Position numbers and translations under genes: made by a program
Shown: in pieces, positions 55,212-64,000 of the stretch
Position numbering within the stretch: position 1 is the stretch's first letter
Layout: the number at the start of each line of letters is the position of its first letter
Source of the DNA: a virus
Lineage: Duplodnaviria > Caudoviricetes
Virus record (IMG/VR): IMGVR_UViG_3300028887_000080
Span: 1-64,000 of that record
DNA: 64,000 nucleotides
Strand: one strand, 5' to 3'
Notes under the pieces: generated by a model
Database searches by the model: none
What the model saw: only the letters and a program-made list of their open reading frames with translations
What the model was told of the DNA's origin: nothing

Positions 55212-57542
55212 TTACTTTTCAGTGTCGTTGAGTTCTATGTAGCATTTTTTCAGTTGGTCGTAATCCGGTTCAATGCACCAAGACAGGTATCCAAGTAGTT
55301 GTTCTTTGATGTCGTGCTCGTATATGACAAACATAATTTTGTTTTTCATAGGCAGTAGTTTCTTCAAAGGAGTGACGTCCCAAAAGCCGCCGTCAGTCAA
55401 AAACAACCATACTGAATTTCTGTCGCTCTGTCTTGTTTTCAAGATATAGTCAACACAGTCTTTCACTTCGGTTCCACCACCTGCGTCGTTGTTCGTTGCC
55501 ATTTCGATGACAAGTTTCATTGCTGCCTCCTTGTTTTTCTTCACCTCATCGGCAACCATATATATACCTGATTTGAGGTCTATTGTGTCTGCGAACGGGA
55601 TGAGTGTGATTCCGCTGTATTGGAGTTTTGTACAGCAATTCACCAAAGTGTCGGCAAAGAGTTCAACAACGTCAAGGTTGACAGACCCTGATGTATCCAC
55701 AAACACGTTGATGTTTTGTGGGGCGGCGTCTCCCTTCGGGTGATATGGGCGCATAAGGTCGTGTGCAAGCACTCGCTTGTCACCCCATCTTGTACGGGTG
55801 TTGTCTTTGAGTTTGTGTTTTCTGTTGGCATAGATTGTGTTTGCTTCAAGGAATATCTTTACGATTTCATCCCACATTTTATGGATAGTGGTATCGTTCA
55901 TCTTTATCCTTCTGCAAATTTTCCCGATTGCTGATTTGGGTTTTTGTCTGATGATGTTGTTTCGCAATTCTTTCACCTCTTCCCTTGAAATGACGTTCTT
56001 TGAAGCGACTTCGGTGAGTGTTTCTTCAATTTCCCTGTCGCTGAAACCGCTGTTTTTCAAAGCGCCTTTCAGTTTCTCCTTAACTTCGGACTGCTTTACG
56101 ATTTTTCCGACTGCTGTCGGTTTGAATTTATAATCACCCCTTATTTGCGGACGAAGTTCCTTGCGCTTTTGGTTTTTGTTTTTTCTTGCGGCAGACCTGT
56201 TTATTTTTCCGCCGCCGCCTGCACCAAGTCCTTTTTCACCGTAATTCTTTGAATTTCCACCGCTTCCGCCGTTTGTGCGTTTGCCGTCACGATTGCCTTC
56301 TTTGTTTTGTTGACTGCCTTGACTTCCCTGTTGGTCGCTTTGCTGACTGCCTTGCTGACCGCCTTGTTGGTTGTCTTGCTGACCGCCTTGCTGACTGCCT
56401 TGCTGACTGCCTTGTTGGTTGTTTGAAAAATCACCCATAGCGTTGTCGGCGGAATTTACGGCGTCGTCTGCCGATTGTTGTGCATTTTCATTTTCATCGC
56501 GTGCTTTCTGTGCTTCCCGTCTTGCCTTGTTTACATCGCCGTTTTCAGACGCTTCAAATGCCTTGTCCGCGGCTTCTTGTGCGGCGTTTGCTGCATCCTG
56601 CGCCTTGTCAGCGAGTTCCTGTGTTTTATCGGCGAGTTCCTGTGCCTTGTCCGCTTTGTTTTTTGCATCTTTGTATTTGGGGGAATCTTCGCCGAAACGG
56701 GATTTCGCCTTTCTTGCATTGTCTCTTGCGTCATCGGCAAGTTCCTGTGCGTCGTTTGCCGCGTCCTGTGCGTCGTTTGCCGCGTCCTGTGCTGCGTTGG
56801 CTGCGTTCTGTGCTGCACTTGCGGCATCCTGTGCATTCATTTTTGAAACATCCCTGTTGTCGGAGTCGCTTCCGTATTTTTCAAGGGATTCCTTTGCCGC
56901 GTCCTGTGACATCCAAGATTCCATAGCGGCGTCCTGTGCTGCGTTTTTCGCATCCTGTGCTGCATTCTGCGCGTTCTTCGCTTCTTTTCTTGCAGTTTCG
57001 TCGTCACCGTTTTGTGCGGCGGATTTTGATTTGTTTGCTGCATTCTGCGCAGCGTTTGCTGCGTCCTGTGCTTCTTGTGCTGCTTTTTTTGCATCTTTTG
57101 CCGATTCGTTTGCTTCATCGGCAAGTGCCTTTGCGTCTTTATACTCATCGGAGCTTTCGCCAAATTCAGACTTGATTTCCTCTGCTGTGTTCTGTGCGTT
57201 CTCGGCTGCGTTCTTTGCGGACTGTGCTGCGTTGGATGCCTTGTCAGCATCTTTCTGCGCCCTGTCCGCTGCATTCTGTGCCTCGTTTGCTGCGTCGTCC
57301 GCGTTCATTTCCGAAACATCGGCGTCGTTGACGTCGTTGCTTTCACCCTGACCATTTTGTGGAACGATTGGTTTTTCCTTGTCTGTTTCTGGTTTTGGTT
57401 CGTTGTTTTGGTCTTCGTTGGAACCTCCGCCAAGCAATGCGTTTTGAAGTTCACTCACGGCATCGTCAAACCCCTGTTCGAGACCACTTTCGTATGTCGA
57501 GTATTCTTTTGGTGCAACTGAATTTTCATTTATTATTTTCAT
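55212..57542 (-). CDS. vWA (MIDAS) protein with long Ala-rich coiled coil and Gln/Gly linker
   Basis: VFVDTSGS, GGGTE, FLTDG; heptad AQDAAN repeats; QQGS repeats. Confidence 0.85.
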   Translation of the reverse strand: MKIINENSVAPKEYSTYESGLEQGFDDAVSELQNALLGGGSNEDQNNEPKPETDKEKPIVPQNGQGESNDVNDADVSEMNADDAANEAQNAADRAQKDADKASNAAQSAKNAAENAQNTAEEIKSEFGESSDEYKDAKALADEANESAKDAKKAAQEAQDAANAAQNAANKSKSAAQNGDDETARKEAKNAQNAAQDAKNAAQDAAMESWMSQDAAKESLEKYGSDSDNRDVSKMNAQDAASAAQNAANAAQDAANDAQDAANDAQELADDARDNARKAKSRFGEDSPKYKDAKNKADKAQELADKTQELADKAQDAANAAQEAADKAFEASENGDVNKARREAQKARDENENAQQSADDAVNSADNAMGDFSNNQQGSQQGSQQGGQQDNQQGGQQGSQQSDQQGSQGSQQNKEGNRDGKRTNGGSGGNSKNYGEKGLGAGGGGKINRSAARKNKNQKRKELRPQIRGDYKFKPTAVGKIVKQSEVKEKLKGALKNSGFSDREIEETLTEVASKNVISREEVKELRNNIIRQKPKSAIGKICRRIKMNDTTIHKMWDEIVKIFLEANTIYANRKHKLKDNTRTRWGDKRVLAHDLMRPYHPKGDAAPQNINVFVDTSGSVNLDVVELFADTLVNCCTKLQYSGITLIPFADTIDLKSGIYMVADEVKKNKEAAMKLVIEMATNNDAGGGTEVKDCVDYILKTRQSDRNSVWLFLTDGGFWDVTPLKKLLPMKNKIMFVIYEHDIKEQLLGYLSWCIEPDYDQLKKCYIELNDTEK

Positions 57543-57619
57543 AATTGTCTCCTTTTATTGAATCTAATGGAAACGTGGATGTTTCCGTTGTTTTCTCTGT
57601 GTGTTTGCTAATGGCAGGG

Positions 57620-58507
57620 TTATTCTTCGCTGACAATCCCCTTGATTTCGTCGATTGACTTCATTATGTCGCCGTTGTTGTTTGCGGTTATGTTGTCGAT
57701 TTCTGTCAAGGTTCCTGAAACGTTGCGGTTGTTTTTTCTGTACAGTTTGCGTATGAGTTCCCTTGCTTCTTTGTGACCTTTTTTCCAATCACTCGTTGTA
57801 GGTATTTTCCCCTGTTGCTTCCGTTGCTGATTTTGTTTCTGATTTTGTTGTTGCTGCGACCTTGGTGAAATTGATTTTTCCTTTTTGAATTGGTCTACAA
57901 TGTTTCTGTAGTATTCAATTATGGTTTCAAACGGGCGACCGATGACATTTTCATCATAGCAACCTTTTTGCTTTATCCAAAAATCCTTTGTACACACTTT
58001 GTCCGTGACCATCATAGTGTTTATTTCCAAATCACCTGCAATGTTCATATCTTCCCACGTCGCTTTCTGCATACTGTGCTCATTCCACATTTTCATTCTA
58101 TGAATGTGTTCGAGCATAGCGTGCATTGCCTCGTGGTACAATATGTTGAAAACATTCATCATATTCATACCCAATCCATAAGGTGACGGAAGGTACAGGA
58201 AACTTATGTTGATGTAATACACCATATTTGCGTCCACCATCATAGTCGGGCAAAATTCAAGGTCGCTGACGTATATGATTGTGGCGTTTCTGAAGAACGT
58301 GTATTCGTCAGGATATTTGTTTTTGAAATATGCGAGGGCGCCGTTCACCAAGTCCACGAAATCGTGTCCTTCCACGAGTTTGCCGTCAAGCATCTGTATT
58401 TTTCCGAGTCTTATCAACGCCTTTGCATTCCCGCCTTCGATGTTGTTGTAACTTTCCAATATCGCGGAATACTGCGTTGTGTTGAATATGTAATTTTTCA
58501 TAATCAT
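57620..58507 (-). CDS. DUF2201-N-like zincin metallopeptidase domain protein
   Basis: PTMMVD, ILYHEAMHAMLEH, NIAGDLEIN. Confidence 0.8.
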   Translation of the reverse strand: MIMKNYIFNTTQYSAILESYNNIEGGNAKALIRLGKIQMLDGKLVEGHDFVDLVNGALAYFKNKYPDEYTFFRNATIIYVSDLEFCPTMMVDANMVYYINISFLYLPSPYGLGMNMMNVFNILYHEAMHAMLEHIHRMKMWNEHSMQKATWEDMNIAGDLEINTMMVTDKVCTKDFWIKQKGCYDENVIGRPFETIIEYYRNIVDQFKKEKSISPRSQQQQNQKQNQQRKQQGKIPTTSDWKKGHKEARELIRKLYRKNNRNVSGTLTEIDNITANNNGDIMKSIDEIKGIVSEE

Positions 58508-58563
58508 TCCTTTTATTTGACAGGAAACGGGGTTCTTGAAGGAACCCCGTTCATTCCGTTCCG

Positions 58564-61425
58564 TTATTTTTTGTTTTGACGTGATTTTGGTTGTGATGAA
58601 ATCAAGACTTGCATATTGTCTTTCGGATGGTTTTTGCCGAAGTCAATCAAAATCTTCGTGTATTCTGGTTTCGAGTTTGTGTTCATCAGGTCGCAGTATG
58701 CGTATATGCCTGCGATGAGGTTCACAACTCTTCCGCCGTCCGCTTGGTCTGAATAGTTGTTCTCAAGGAACTGTATGATTTTTTCGAGTTCATACGGCGG
58801 GATTGGCTTGCGTATGCTGTATCTGTTTTCAATTTCTTTTCTCAATGTGTTGGTGCATACGACTGCTGTTGCATCGACCTGCATAGTCGGGTTCTTTATG
58901 ACATCGTCGTAGTCGAGGTCGAAGAATGCGCCGTTCACATTGTCGAGGTATGCACTTACATAGTCGTCTGCGATGTTTGCAGGAAGGTACATACCGACGA
59001 TACGGCGGAAGATGTTCGTTCCCTTGAGTTGGTCGTACGTTTTCACACCCTGTCGTTTGCATTCCCTGTTGAGTGCCGCGATGCAGTTAGTCCAGTTTCT
59101 CGGAGTGCATTTTCTCACACCCTTTCTGTCTCGCAATGCCTCTGGGTCGATGTTGTGCCAACGTGACTTCGGACCGTCTGCGTCGAATTGGAGGTATTGG
59201 AGGGTGAAGTCGTCGAATCCGCCTTTGTCCTTTGCCCATTTGCGCCATTCTTGGAATTTCGGCACAAAGTTGCAGGCACAGGTTCTGTCTGAAAGTGCGG
59301 CAGGCATTCTCTCGAAGTTTTCCTCAACTTTAAGGTCGTCCGTAGGACGGTTGGAACATCCCATACAGAACCATTTTGAACCGAGTTTGTAACCTGACGC
59401 CGTTTCACGTTCCATCATAATCTGGGCGATGCCGAACAGTGTGTCGGGGTCGCAACGCAGGAACTCGTCGAAGATGATGATTCCGCCACCGCCGCGCACT
59501 TCAGTTTTAATGAGATTTTTGTTTTCATCGTAAATGGCGTTGACGTGTCCGTTTGCGACGTCGTTTCTAACCTTGTCGGTTTCATCGTCGCCTGTCGGGA
59601 TGAACATCGGCAACCAAGTTTTCGGCGCGTCCGATGATTTGGCACTGACGATTTTCACCAATTCGCTTGTCTTTGTAATGCCTGTTGCTTTCATCCATCT
59701 TTGAATGACAGGGTTGTTCGCTGCTTCGGCGATGTTGTTTTCGTCTATTTTGACGGGCATAGGCATAGAAAGGTCGCCCGCCTGCAAGGATGAGCAGTCT
59801 ATTACGATGATTGACATCTTATCACCTTCGTCACCGCCGTTCTTTTCAATTTCCGCATTCACTTCTTTGATGATTGTCTTCGGGATTGTGGTCTTTCCGA
59901 TACCAGGCGCTCCCCATACGATGAACGGGTTTTCCTGCGACGCTCCGTATTTAACCACATCGTCGAGGCAGGTTCTGATATGTTCGGTGAGTTCTTCAGT
60001 GTTCCAATCGTCGAGGTCGATGTTGTAGTATTCTTGGTCGTCAATGTCATCCGTTGCGTGGAGACCGACACGTCTTTCGTTGACTTCGACGGATTCCTTG
60101 AGACTTCTGCGGGTTCCTTTCGGTTTGAACACTTCAAGGAATTTGATGAAGTTGCTGTATTCTTGACTTCCGTCTTTCATTTCTTCGTAATACCCCTGTT
60201 TGTCAGGATAGTTTACGCCCTTTCCATATTCGGCATATACACCGTTGATTGGATTTTCTTTGAGAGATGTCACGATGTTTTGAGGAAGGTTGGCGCCGAA
60301 CAAGTCCATAGTCTTGTCGAATAACATTATGAAACCGTCTTTCAGTTTGATACCGACGCTTTTCAAAGATTCTTTGATTTTATTGAATGCTTTTTTGGCG
60401 AAATCACCGATTTTGCCTTCGTTCACACCGTAGCGTTCGTTAATGAACTGTGATGTTGACATCACATATTTGTTGTTGCTTTCTTCCTGTTTCATTGCTG
60501 CTTGAAGTCTATATTGTTTGTTTTGTTGAAGTTTTTGTTTCATTTCATCCGGGTTTCCGAATATGACTTGGAAATGTTTCTTTCCTACTTCTGCGTCATC
60601 CGACGCGGACTGCCCGATTATGGGAAGGTATCCAAGTTGCGGGTTTATTGTATCTTCCCATCCGTCGATTATGTATTGCTTGTCGAAATCGCAGGCACAG
60701 AACATATTTACAATGTTTGTCGCCCTTTTAAGTTCCCAATCCTTGATGCTGTCATTGTTGAATGTCGATTTATAGAACATACCTTCAAAGATTGTTCCTT
60801 TCGACACGTTCCAATCGCTCAAGTCGACATTCGGGAGGTCTTTGAAAGCAAAGACCGCGGTAAAGTCCCTGACGTCTGTCACATCGAACAATGAATACGG
60901 AAGTATTGCGTCTTGGGTTGTGAGTCCAGGATATTCTCCGTTGATGAGCATATTGTATGTCAAATCCGATGCGTAGTTGATGTCGTCATAGTCGCCTTTT
61001 ATGTATGCGCTTCCGTTTTTGTCGGTGTTGATGACGCGTTTTGATTGCTGCGGTGCCACTGTTGTGTTTCGCTTGCTTGTTGAATTTTGTTTTTTCACCT
61101 GCGACTTTTCAATGTCGTCCGTTGTGTTGTATTCCTTTTCGTCATCATCATCGTCATTTTCAGTTTCATCGTCAGGGATGTCGTCTTCAAATTCGGACAT
61201 TGCCTTCTGATAGTCGCTCCAAGCGTCCTCGTTGATTGGCTCCCCGAATGGTTTTGAGTTCAACATTTCATTGACAGAAACTGTCACTTCGTTTTCATTT
61301 TCTGAAATAAACTGCTCATACAGTTTTTTTATTTCTGAAAGCGGAAGGGTTTTGTCGATTTTCCCCCAAAAGTTCTCCGCCACGAACTTTGTGGCGTGTG
61401 ACATATTGTAGATGTTTGCGTTCAT
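58564..61425 (-). CDS. MoxR-like AAA+ ATPase with N-terminal acidic region and DUF285/BspA-like repeats
   Basis: WGAPGIGKT, IIIFDEFLR, CSNR, PAALSDR, TPRNW; LSDWNVSK..GMFYKSTFN..IKDW repeats. Confidence 0.85.
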   Translation of the reverse strand: MNANIYNMSHATKFVAENFWGKIDKTLPLSEIKKLYEQFISENENEVTVSVNEMLNSKPFGEPINEDAWSDYQKAMSEFEDDIPDDETENDDDDDEKEYNTTDDIEKSQVKKQNSTSKRNTTVAPQQSKRVINTDKNGSAYIKGDYDDINYASDLTYNMLINGEYPGLTTQDAILPYSLFDVTDVRDFTAVFAFKDLPNVDLSDWNVSKGTIFEGMFYKSTFNNDSIKDWELKRATNIVNMFCACDFDKQYIIDGWEDTINPQLGYLPIIGQSASDDAEVGKKHFQVIFGNPDEMKQKLQQNKQYRLQAAMKQEESNNKYVMSTSQFINERYGVNEGKIGDFAKKAFNKIKESLKSVGIKLKDGFIMLFDKTMDLFGANLPQNIVTSLKENPINGVYAEYGKGVNYPDKQGYYEEMKDGSQEYSNFIKFLEVFKPKGTRRSLKESVEVNERRVGLHATDDIDDQEYYNIDLDDWNTEELTEHIRTCLDDVVKYGASQENPFIVWGAPGIGKTTIPKTIIKEVNAEIEKNGGDEGDKMSIIVIDCSSLQAGDLSMPMPVKIDENNIAEAANNPVIQRWMKATGITKTSELVKIVSAKSSDAPKTWLPMFIPTGDDETDKVRNDVANGHVNAIYDENKNLIKTEVRGGGGIIIFDEFLRCDPDTLFGIAQIMMERETASGYKLGSKWFCMGCSNRPTDDLKVEENFERMPAALSDRTCACNFVPKFQEWRKWAKDKGGFDDFTLQYLQFDADGPKSRWHNIDPEALRDRKGVRKCTPRNWTNCIAALNRECKRQGVKTYDQLKGTNIFRRIVGMYLPANIADDYVSAYLDNVNGAFFDLDYDDVIKNPTMQVDATAVVCTNTLRKEIENRYSIRKPIPPYELEKIIQFLENNYSDQADGGRVVNLIAGIYAYCDLMNTNSKPEYTKILIDFGKNHPKDNMQVLISSQPKSRQNKK

Positions 61426-61456
61426 ATCTTTGTCTTTATTATATTGTATGTTAAGG

Positions 61457-63463
61457 TTATTCAAAATCTTCTGTGTCCTTTCTTACGATTATCGAATCGC
61501 GGAGCGGTTCTCTCCAATCCCTTCCGCATTTGAAGTATTGTTCAAGCGTACCGCTTGTGAAAGTACCCCAGTTGACACTGACTTGCTCGTCATTCACCTT
61601 TGCCTCTTCAAATGTCTTTTCGATGATTTCGATGACTTCATCAACGCATTCAGGCGGAACAACCCAACCTTCATCGTTAGTGTCCCTTATCTGTATGAGT
61701 TTGTCCTTTATTTTAGACCAAATTGCAAGGACAGGAGGTGCGATTCTGACAAAATACGTCCTTCTTTTGATTGCTTCCCATTGACCGCCCATCATCTTTG
61801 CAAGTTCTTTCTGTGTCATATTCGTCATTATAATGAACCTGCTCATAACTTCGGTTTCATTTGGAACCTTGCGTTCAACCGTAGTTTGGTTCTCTTCGGT
61901 GTCATCGTCGGATGTGTGTCTTTTTGAAGAGCTTTTCGCTTTGTTTATTTTGCCAGGGCATTCTTTGAAGTATCTTTTTTTGCAGTTCATAATGTCGCCG
62001 TTTGTCACTTCACGCATACTGTAGAAACCTCCGCCGCCGCCTTCGTTTGCGTTCGGTGCCTCGATGGTCACAAAATCATCACCCTTTGCCTCAAGGACGT
62101 GCAGCCACAAAGACCGTTGGTATGCCGTTTTGAACAAGTCGGCTGTGTCGTCGAACACAAGAACCCTTCCGTTGTTATGGTATATGAAACTGTAGAGTTC
62201 CTTTGCGTTGCAGGCGCCGCTCCCCCTTTCTGCATAGTCTTTCACCTTTTTCAGACCCATACTGTCCTTGATGCTTTCCCAAGTGTAGGATTTTCCGATA
62301 CCGCCAGTTCCAGAAACAAAGACGGCTGAAGCACCGACGTGAAGGTCTTTGAGTTTTTCGGGTCTTGTCTTTTTGCAGAATTTCACAAGTTCCTCGATTT
62401 GGAAATGAAGTTCGTCCAAATCTTTGAAATATCTGTCCGTAAGTTTTTTGAACTGCTTGAAGTCCATATTGAAATATTGGAGCATAGACGTGTCTATTCC
62501 CCTGTATGTCGCAGGTGTCTGCAACTCTGTGATGTAGTTGCATTCTTGGACTTCAACTTCGCTGTGTTCTTCCGTTTCAACATCCATACCGAATTTGTCC
62601 ATATCAAATATGCAGCGTACTATTGCCGTGCAGGTTTCAAGACCAGCGCCTTTCCAACCTTTCGGTACGGATTCCAAATTTGCGATTATTCTTTTGTAAT
62701 CTTTCGCCTGATTGTCTTTTCTTTGGAAAATCTGCACCAAAATCGCAGGGTTCGTCACCTTTTCCTGTCTTATGATTTCTGCAAATTTCTTAATACCTTC
62801 AATGGTTACTGCGTCTGCGCTGACACGTCCCTCCCTTTCTTTTCCGTCAGTTCTTATGAACCTTTCAATCGGAGCGAATATATCGGATTTTTTTATTTCG
62901 CGATAATATTGCGAAGCGTTTGTGTATTCAAGTTTTTCATTGATTGAACCCTCGAAACCTGTATTGTTGTTTTCGTAAACACCTTTGAGATAAATGTCCG
63001 GATTGTTTATGATTTCAAACATAAACGAGAACATCCTGACAAGTCCCATTTTGTTTGAACTTACCGTATAGTCTGCGGTCTGCTCCTTTTTCGTGGTGTC
63101 GAATTTCGTATAATATCTTATGATTGCCGATGTTCCATTCTGTGTGGGCGATATTGAAACCGCGCTTTCGTCCTTTCCGCTGAAAACCAAAATGGTGTCA
63201 AGACCGTCAATGCTTTTGAAAAATGTGTGTGTGTATGCGTTCCAACCGCATTTTCTGTTTACAAGCGAAACAAATTCATCCGCGATTTTTTTCATTTTCG
63301 GATTGTCCGCAACAACGAGTTTGGGGTTCGTTTCACTCCCTGAATTGATGAAATCATTGAGTATGGTGTCAACGTCAACTCCGTCATCACCGTTCGCTTC
63401 CATAACAGGTTGTGTATAGTCGGCGAATTTTTTCGAGTCGATTATCTCTGAAAATTTTTTCAT
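61457..63463 (-). CDS. second AAA+-type P-loop ATPase
   Basis: SGTGGIGKS, VLVFDD, FIIMTN, AIKRR; TATAAATA upstream (63520). Confidence 0.75.
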   Translation of the reverse strand: MKKFSEIIDSKKFADYTQPVMEANGDDGVDVDTILNDFINSGSETNPKLVVADNPKMKKIADEFVSLVNRKCGWNAYTHTFFKSIDGLDTILVFSGKDESAVSISPTQNGTSAIIRYYTKFDTTKKEQTADYTVSSNKMGLVRMFSFMFEIINNPDIYLKGVYENNNTGFEGSINEKLEYTNASQYYREIKKSDIFAPIERFIRTDGKEREGRVSADAVTIEGIKKFAEIIRQEKVTNPAILVQIFQRKDNQAKDYKRIIANLESVPKGWKGAGLETCTAIVRCIFDMDKFGMDVETEEHSEVEVQECNYITELQTPATYRGIDTSMLQYFNMDFKQFKKLTDRYFKDLDELHFQIEELVKFCKKTRPEKLKDLHVGASAVFVSGTGGIGKSYTWESIKDSMGLKKVKDYAERGSGACNAKELYSFIYHNNGRVLVFDDTADLFKTAYQRSLWLHVLEAKGDDFVTIEAPNANEGGGGGFYSMREVTNGDIMNCKKRYFKECPGKINKAKSSSKRHTSDDDTEENQTTVERKVPNETEVMSRFIIMTNMTQKELAKMMGGQWEAIKRRTYFVRIAPPVLAIWSKIKDKLIQIRDTNDEGWVVPPECVDEVIEIIEKTFEEAKVNDEQVSVNWGTFTSGTLEQYFKCGRDWREPLRDSIIVRKDTEDFE

Positions 63464-63561
63464 ATCTTTGTGTTTATTTTTTTATTCAAAAACAAAAATG
63501 CGGCACATTGTGCCGCATATATTTATATGATTTGAAAATTCAGAGATATATCAGTGATATA

Positions 63562-63999
63562 TCAATCCTTTTTGGACTGCCTTCGCTCTGACAACCAATC
63601 CATATAGTCGTCAAGTGCTGTGGGACAGTATTTTTCGATGAGGTCTTTGCTCCACCATTGGAAGTGACCGCTCTGCGGCATAGGTTCGTTGAATGAAACC
63701 TCTATGCCCATTTCGTTGTAGAGTTCATCGAACCCCTCAAGACCGAAGTCGTATCCGAGTCTCGCCGCCACCATAAACTTTTGGATGAGGTCGAACAGTT
63801 TCGGTTTTGAGTTCTCGGAAGGAACGCCTCCGCAGTAGTAACGCCAATCGAGCATAAGTTTGTAGTCCTTCTGTGTATACTTCATCTGCGTGATATACTC
63901 GAACGCAAGTCCAAGTCTGTTGAGCATTTCCTTGTGCACTTTCGTCGCCTTGATGCTCCGCTCGACCGACGTGTTCAGGATTTTGTCGAACTCTTCGTC
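63562..63999 (-). CDS. hypothetical protein (5' end outside window)
   Basis: frame is open to the window edge. Confidence 0.6.
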   Translation of the reverse strand, partial: DEEFDKILNTSVERSIKATKVHKEMLNRLGLAFEYITQMKYTQKDYKLMLDWRYYCGGVPSENSKPKLFDLIQKFMVAARLGYDFGLEGFDELYNEMGIEVSFNEPMPQSGHFQWWSKDLIEKYCPTALDDYMDWLSERRQSKKD

Positions 64000-64000
64000 G

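Noticed and set aside
56186-57521. Long + strand ORFs opposite the vWA gene
   Set aside because: Shadow ORFs of low-complexity Ala/Gln repeats.

Overview
This 64-kb window is part of a large T4-superfamily-like (jumbo) myophage using the standard genetic code (TAG is a stop). The host is probably Bacteroidota, inferred from the IF-1 'LSN' signature, lipoprotein signal type, scarce Shine-Dalgarno sites and GTTCTTTGACA boxA. From ~0.3-29 kb (+) it encodes replication, repair and metabolic genes: IF-1, gp46-like ATPase, a ColE2-type Rep/primase-like protein, a Mom-like GNAT, a split and gene-order-permuted family B DNA polymerase, a probable clamp, GroES, two beta-propeller/TPR proteins, Nudix, a 5'-3' exonuclease, thioredoxin, an NDT-phosphoesterase fusion, a kinase, a PD-(D/E)xK exonuclease, HNH and GT2. 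From 29-46 kb (+) it encodes tail sheath, major capsid, neck protein, amidase and three Hef-like repeat endonucleases. From 46-55 kb (-) there is an 8-kb RNA operon with 26 tRNAs (one interrupted), 6 atypical tRNA-like RNAs and many stem-closed ncRNAs, next to an Acb1/2H-type phosphoesterase. From 55-64 kb (-) there is an AAA+/MoxR-metallopeptidase-vWA module. The most striking unexplained signals are: (1) nine small RNAs (mostly 55-75 nt, one 114 nt) sharing an AAAG-stem/CAGCAA/CUUGU scaffold, six of which display a tRNA anticodon stem-loop (Lys x2, Asn, Tyr, Trp, Pro), plus a circularly permuted copy inside a tRNA anticodon arm; (2) a 19-bp double palindrome GATATATC-N3-GATATATC dispersed every ~3-9 kb (13 copies); (3) a 23-bp inverted-repeat-flanked PRTase cassette. 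All calls are by eye from motifs; no searches were run.
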